A stretch of DNA of 64,000 nt from an uncultured Bacteriovoracaceae bacterium. Lineage in GTDB: Bacteria > Bdellovibrionota > UBA1018 > UBA923. This document shows, piece by piece, positions 60,957 to 64,000 of the stretch (positions are counted from its first letter, which is position 1; each line of letters begins with the position of its first letter). The stretch spans positions 4,524 through 68,523 of the forward strand of contig CAZNGN010000009.1 of the NCBI GenBank assembly GCA_964572865.1. Direction: 5' to 3'. The notes under the pieces are model-generated. The model did not search any database, had not been told where the DNA came from, and was given only the letters and a program-made list of their open reading frames with translations. Both the position numbers and the translations under genes were made by a program.

Positions 60957-60984
60957 AGATGGGGTCTATCTATCTTTAGTCAAG
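60957..60984 (-). promoter_or_regulatory. Sigma32 (RpoH)-type heat-shock promoter CTTGACT-N13/14-CCCCATCT upstream of clpB
   Basis: Minus strand: tCTTGACTaaagatagatagaCCCCATCTtat, about 25 nt upstream of the clpB SD. Confidence 0.55.
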
Positions 60985-61016
60985 AATAGTCTAAACTATT
61001 GAATCAATACAGGATA

Positions 61017-62495
61017 TCACTCATCGTCATTCGATGACAATTTAAGCGTTACTACAACAAAAACTTCTCTGCCAGATTCGTCTTGTTTTCGAACTCTTAA
61101 TAAATACGTTTTCTTAGATTTAACAACTTTAAAAAAATCATCTTCATTTTTAACGGGTTTTCGATCTACTTCGAGAATGACATCACCCCTACCGATGCCT
61201 GCAATATTCGCTGGACCACCAGGAGTAACTTGTGTAACCACAACGCCTTGAAAATTTTCAGGCAAGCCAATCTCTCTTGCGGTGTCTGAGTCAATTTGTT
61301 CTAGCGACATGCCAGTATAAACTTTTTCAGCTTTTTGATTTTTCTTTAATGGTCCTTTTGTCTTGGCATTTCTCAAGTCAGGACGTTTCGCCACTTTCAC
61401 ATTAAAGGACATTTCTTTACCAGATCTTAAGACTTTTATTTTAACAGAATCACCTACTGGAACATTTGTGATGTTTGAAATCAAATCATTTCCTGAATAG
61501 ACTTTTTTGCCATTTACTTCAGTGATTATGTCATACGCCTGCATCCCAGCTTTATCTGCAGGTTGCCCAGGCACCACATGAGTAACGATCGGCGCATTCA
61601 TTGACTCTTCCACTTTTAAATTTTTAGCTAAGTCTGGTCGTAACTCATCAATGTTGACTCCGATATACCCACGTTCAACTCGACCTTTTGTTTTTAATTG
61701 AGGAAGAATATTTTTTACCGCATTAATGGGAATGGCAAAACCAATTCCTGGGCCTCTTGCATCGATAGCGTTGTTAATTCCCACAACATCACCATTTAAG
61801 TTGACCAATGGTCCGCCTGAATTGCCTGGATTAATAGGCGCATCCACTTGAAGATATTTTCCAAATCCACCAGGAAGCGCTCTCTCTTTTGCACTTACAA
61901 TACCGTGCGAAACAGAATGTCCGTGTCCAAATGGATTTCCCAATGCCGCAATCCATTCGCCCACTTCTAATTTTTCAGAATCTCCTAAGTTCACTGGAAC
62001 TAATTTGCGTGTAGTTTTTACTTTTAATACGGCAACATCTAAATCTGGATCGGCTCCAATTACTTCTGCTTCAATTTCTTTATCACCAGCATCTTCAGTG
62101 AATTTAACTTTTACTTCGTCAGCTCCGTCAATTACGTGATTGTTGGTTAATATTAATCCGCCTGAACCGTTTGCTTCGATAATAAAACCTGAACCCAATG
62201 ACATTGATTTCGGAGCGTTTCTTCTTTGGTTTGGGCCCGGCTGCATCGGAACTCCTCCACCGCCTCCAAATGGATCTTGTCCTAAAAAGTCTTCGAAAAA
62301 CTTTCTCCACATATCGTCTTGTCCACCATCTCGAAAGGGAGTTTTTACCGTCGATGTCGTAAAAATATTTACAACTGATGGGAGTAGCTTTTTAGAAATT
62401 TGAACATAAATATTTCCTACCGCTGGATCATTATTTGCGGCATTCGCACTAAATATGGTTAAGCAAAAAACTATGAACAACGATTTCATTTTCAT
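61017..62495 (-). CDS. Periplasmic serine endoprotease DegP/HtrA family (two PDZ domains)
   Basis: Trypsin-like domain with GNSGGPL and His/Asp boxes, plus two C-terminal PDZ domains. Signal peptide. Confidence 0.9.
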   Translation of the reverse strand: MKMKSLFIVFCLTIFSANAANNDPAVGNIYVQISKKLLPSVVNIFTTSTVKTPFRDGGQDDMWRKFFEDFLGQDPFGGGGGVPMQPGPNQRRNAPKSMSLGSGFIIEANGSGGLILTNNHVIDGADEVKVKFTEDAGDKEIEAEVIGADPDLDVAVLKVKTTRKLVPVNLGDSEKLEVGEWIAALGNPFGHGHSVSHGIVSAKERALPGGFGKYLQVDAPINPGNSGGPLVNLNGDVVGINNAIDARGPGIGFAIPINAVKNILPQLKTKGRVERGYIGVNIDELRPDLAKNLKVEESMNAPIVTHVVPGQPADKAGMQAYDIITEVNGKKVYSGNDLISNITNVPVGDSVKIKVLRSGKEMSFNVKVAKRPDLRNAKTKGPLKKNQKAEKVYTGMSLEQIDSDTAREIGLPENFQGVVVTQVTPGGPANIAGIGRGDVILEVDRKPVKNEDDFFKVVKSKKTYLLRVRKQDESGREVFVVVTLKLSSNDDE

Positions 62496-62504
62496 ACTTT
62501 CTCC

Positions 62505-62762
62505 TTATTTCTTTTTTTGAATTTCTACAAAACGCATTCTGGTTTCAAACAATAAATTATCTAATAACTTAGACTCTTCCGCACTTAAATTGTTTTTTGT
62601 TTTTTCTTTTAACAATTCTAGTAAATCAATATTTTGAGATGCTAAATTTAAGTCTACCTCAGGTTTAGAAGAACCCGGTTTAGGTGTCATCCCTAAGCCC
62701 ATGAAAGCTGCCGATGAAACAGATAAAACAAATGTAGTGAAATCTAATTTTGGTGATTGCAT
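62505..62762 (-). CDS. Small conserved hypothetical protein (DUF1844-like)
   Basis: 85 aa with pattern FVLS..S.A.MGLG...VDL..A...IDLLE.LKEKTK.NL..EE..LL. Lies 9 nt upstream of degP and 3 nt downstream of htpX. Confidence 0.45.
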   Translation of the reverse strand: MQSPKLDFTTFVLSVSSAAFMGLGMTPKPGSSKPEVDLNLASQNIDLLELLKEKTKNNLSAEESKLLDNLLFETRMRFVEIQKKK

Positions 62763-62765
62763 ATA

Positions 62766-63626
62766 TTATTTCCTTATTTGCATTGATAATAATTTTTCAA
62801 TTCGATCTTCTACTGGAGGATGCGTACTAAATAGATTGATAAACTCACGCCCAGAAAAAGGATTAATAATGTACATATGTGCTGTTGCAGGAGATCCGGC
62901 TTCCATAGGTATATTCATCGCTGTATTATGAATTTTTCTTAAAGCGTTTGCTAACCACTCAGGATTCCCACAGATTTCTGCTCCTGTTGCGTCTGCCATA
63001 TATTCGCGTGATCTTGAAATTGCCATTTGTATTAATGAAGAAGCGATCGGAGCTAAAATTGCCATTATCAAAAGCGATAATGCATTTCCGCCGCGATCGT
63101 CTTCATCTCTGCTTCTTCCTCCACCAAACATCATCATCCATTGTGACATGTTTGCTAAAAACATAATCGATGATGCAATCGTAGCTGCAATTGTAGAAAT
63201 CAATGTGTCACGATTTCGAATATGACTAATTTCGTGAGCAAGCACCCCTTCTAACTCTTGTTGATTACAAATTCCTAGCAACCCTTGAGTGACTGCAACT
63301 GCTGCGTGATACGGGTCACGTCCTGTAGCAAATGCATTCGGAGTGTGATCGGGAATAATATAAACTTTAGGCATTGGCATATTAGCTCTCTGAGTGAGTC
63401 TTGAAACAGTCTCATATAATCCAGTAGGATCATTTGGCGGAACTTCAGAAGCATGGTGCATAGAGAGTACAATTTTATCTGAAAACCAAAAGCTAACTAA
63501 ATTTGTAATTAATCCAATTAAGAAACCAAATATAAATCCTGTCTGCCCTCCTAAGACATATCCAAAAGCCATCAGAAGCCCTGTTAACAATGTTAAAAAA
63601 ACTACTGTTTTCAATCGGTTAGCCAT
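62766..63626 (-). CDS. htpX: Zinc metalloprotease HtpX (M48)
   Basis: HEISHI (HExxH) within M48 topology (2+2 TM). 286 aa. Confidence 0.9.
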   Translation of the reverse strand: MANRLKTVVFLTLLTGLLMAFGYVLGGQTGFIFGFLIGLITNLVSFWFSDKIVLSMHHASEVPPNDPTGLYETVSRLTQRANMPMPKVYIIPDHTPNAFATGRDPYHAAVAVTQGLLGICNQQELEGVLAHEISHIRNRDTLISTIAATIASSIMFLANMSQWMMMFGGGRSRDEDDRGGNALSLLIMAILAPIASSLIQMAISRSREYMADATGAEICGNPEWLANALRKIHNTAMNIPMEAGSPATAHMYIINPFSGREFINLFSTHPPVEDRIEKLLSMQIRK

Positions 63627-63648
63627 AGTTAAATTTCCTCGTTATAGG

Positions 63649-63677
63649 ATTATGGTCATCGAAATAGTTGCTGTCAA
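63649..63677 (-). promoter_or_regulatory. Sigma70-type promoter TTGACA-17nt-CATAAT upstream of htpX
   Basis: Minus strand: TTGACAgcaactatttcgatgacCATAATcc, about 20 nt upstream of the htpX SD/ATG. Confidence 0.5.
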
Positions 63678-63802
63678 ACCTATATTCTTGACTATTGTTG
63701 TCGGGCTATAAAATGTTGAGTTCTGCCTTGCGGCATGTTAAATGGATATCCGTATTTAAAAACACATTAACCACAATAAGATGTAACTGGGGGTTACGGG
63801 AA

Positions 63803-64000
63803 ATGGATAAACTCGGATTTGGTACAGCAGGATTTCCTAAAGGCGCAAACAAAAAAGATCCAATCGGTGCGCTTCAAATCGTTCACAACTTAGGTTTAGA
63901 CTGTTTAGAGCTAGAATTTGCTCACGGCATTCGCATGAAAGATGAAACCGCTTCTGAGATCAACAAAACTGCACGTAAGCTAGGTATTGCACTTACTGCA
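63803..64000 (+). CDS. Xylose-isomerase-like TIM-barrel protein (sugar phosphate isomerase/epimerase or AP-endonuclease-2 family), 5' fragment
   Basis: Open frame from ATG 63803 to the window end (MDKLGFGTAGFPKGA...LDCLELEFAHG...). Truncated by the window edge. Confidence 0.45.
   Translation, partial: MDKLGFGTAGFPKGANKKDPIGALQIVHNLGLDCLELEFAHGIRMKDETASEINKTARKLGIALTA

Noticed and set aside
63700-63760. Possible plus-strand promoter (CTTGACT-N15-TAAAAT) for the partial TIM-barrel gene
   Set aside because: The 15-nt spacer is suboptimal and the sequence overlaps the htpX promoter region on the other strand. It is too weak to call.

Overview
This is an AT-rich, gene-dense bacterial chromosomal window, mostly ordinary core genome. 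The organism is Gram-negative (lpxC, lptF/G, heptosyltransferases, degP, OM beta-barrel-like proteins). Approximately, by eye, the GC content is in the mid-30s percent. Several features are compatible with a Bdellovibrio-and-like (Bacteriovoracaceae-type) or similar AT-rich delta/Oligoflexia lineage, but this cannot be confirmed: a serine-palmitoyltransferase-like gene, a secreted S1/P1 nuclease, RodZ with a Pro/Thr linker, and many secreted hypotheticals.

Recognisable content, from 5' to 3':
- tRNA-Pro(GGG), lpxC, and ruvCAB.
- A putative sphingolipid module: an SPT-like alpha-oxoamine synthase coupled to a GNAT-like acyltransferase.
- Envelope-glycan locus 1: a GT2 - glutamine-amidotransferase - LPG-synthase-like TM protein operon, ugd, a nitrilase-family C-N hydrolase, several GT2/GT9 genes and a paralogous GT pair.
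- speA, carA-pyrC-pyrB, lepB-lepA, rlmD, a TPR lipoprotein and rodZ.
- lptF/G, a wbaP-like priming transferase, pepA, asnS and trmL.
- A small HD-domain putative ppGpp hydrolase, bcp and a HU-like protein.
- Envelope-glycan locus 2: GT1, GT1, an NAD-epimerase, GT9 and GT2.
- An orphan sigma54 enhancer-binding protein with a consensus sigma54 promoter in front of its own gene.
- A secreted cluster: an HExxH protein and an OM barrel.
- Two small ORFs followed by an S1/P1 nuclease.
- xerC/D-type recombinase, trmFO, an EamA transporter and lemA.
- A spoVG - fic/doc-like - GT2 operon.
- A stress block: clpB with a sigma32-type promoter, and htpX-DUF1844-degP.

No CRISPR array, transposase, integrase-bounded island or rRNA was seen.

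The most interesting candidates for new biology are:
(i) the SPT plus acyltransferase pair;
(ii) the GT2-GATase-LPG-synthase-like operon;
(iii) the self-sigma54-promoted sensorless EBP;
(iv) the small-ORF pair plus secreted nuclease;
(v) the spoVG-fic-GT2 unit;
(vi) a 40-codon ORF with a perfect RBS in a 418-nt intergenic region.

Coordinates that I derived by hand-counting (promoters, hairpins, alternative starts) may be off by +/-1-2 nt.
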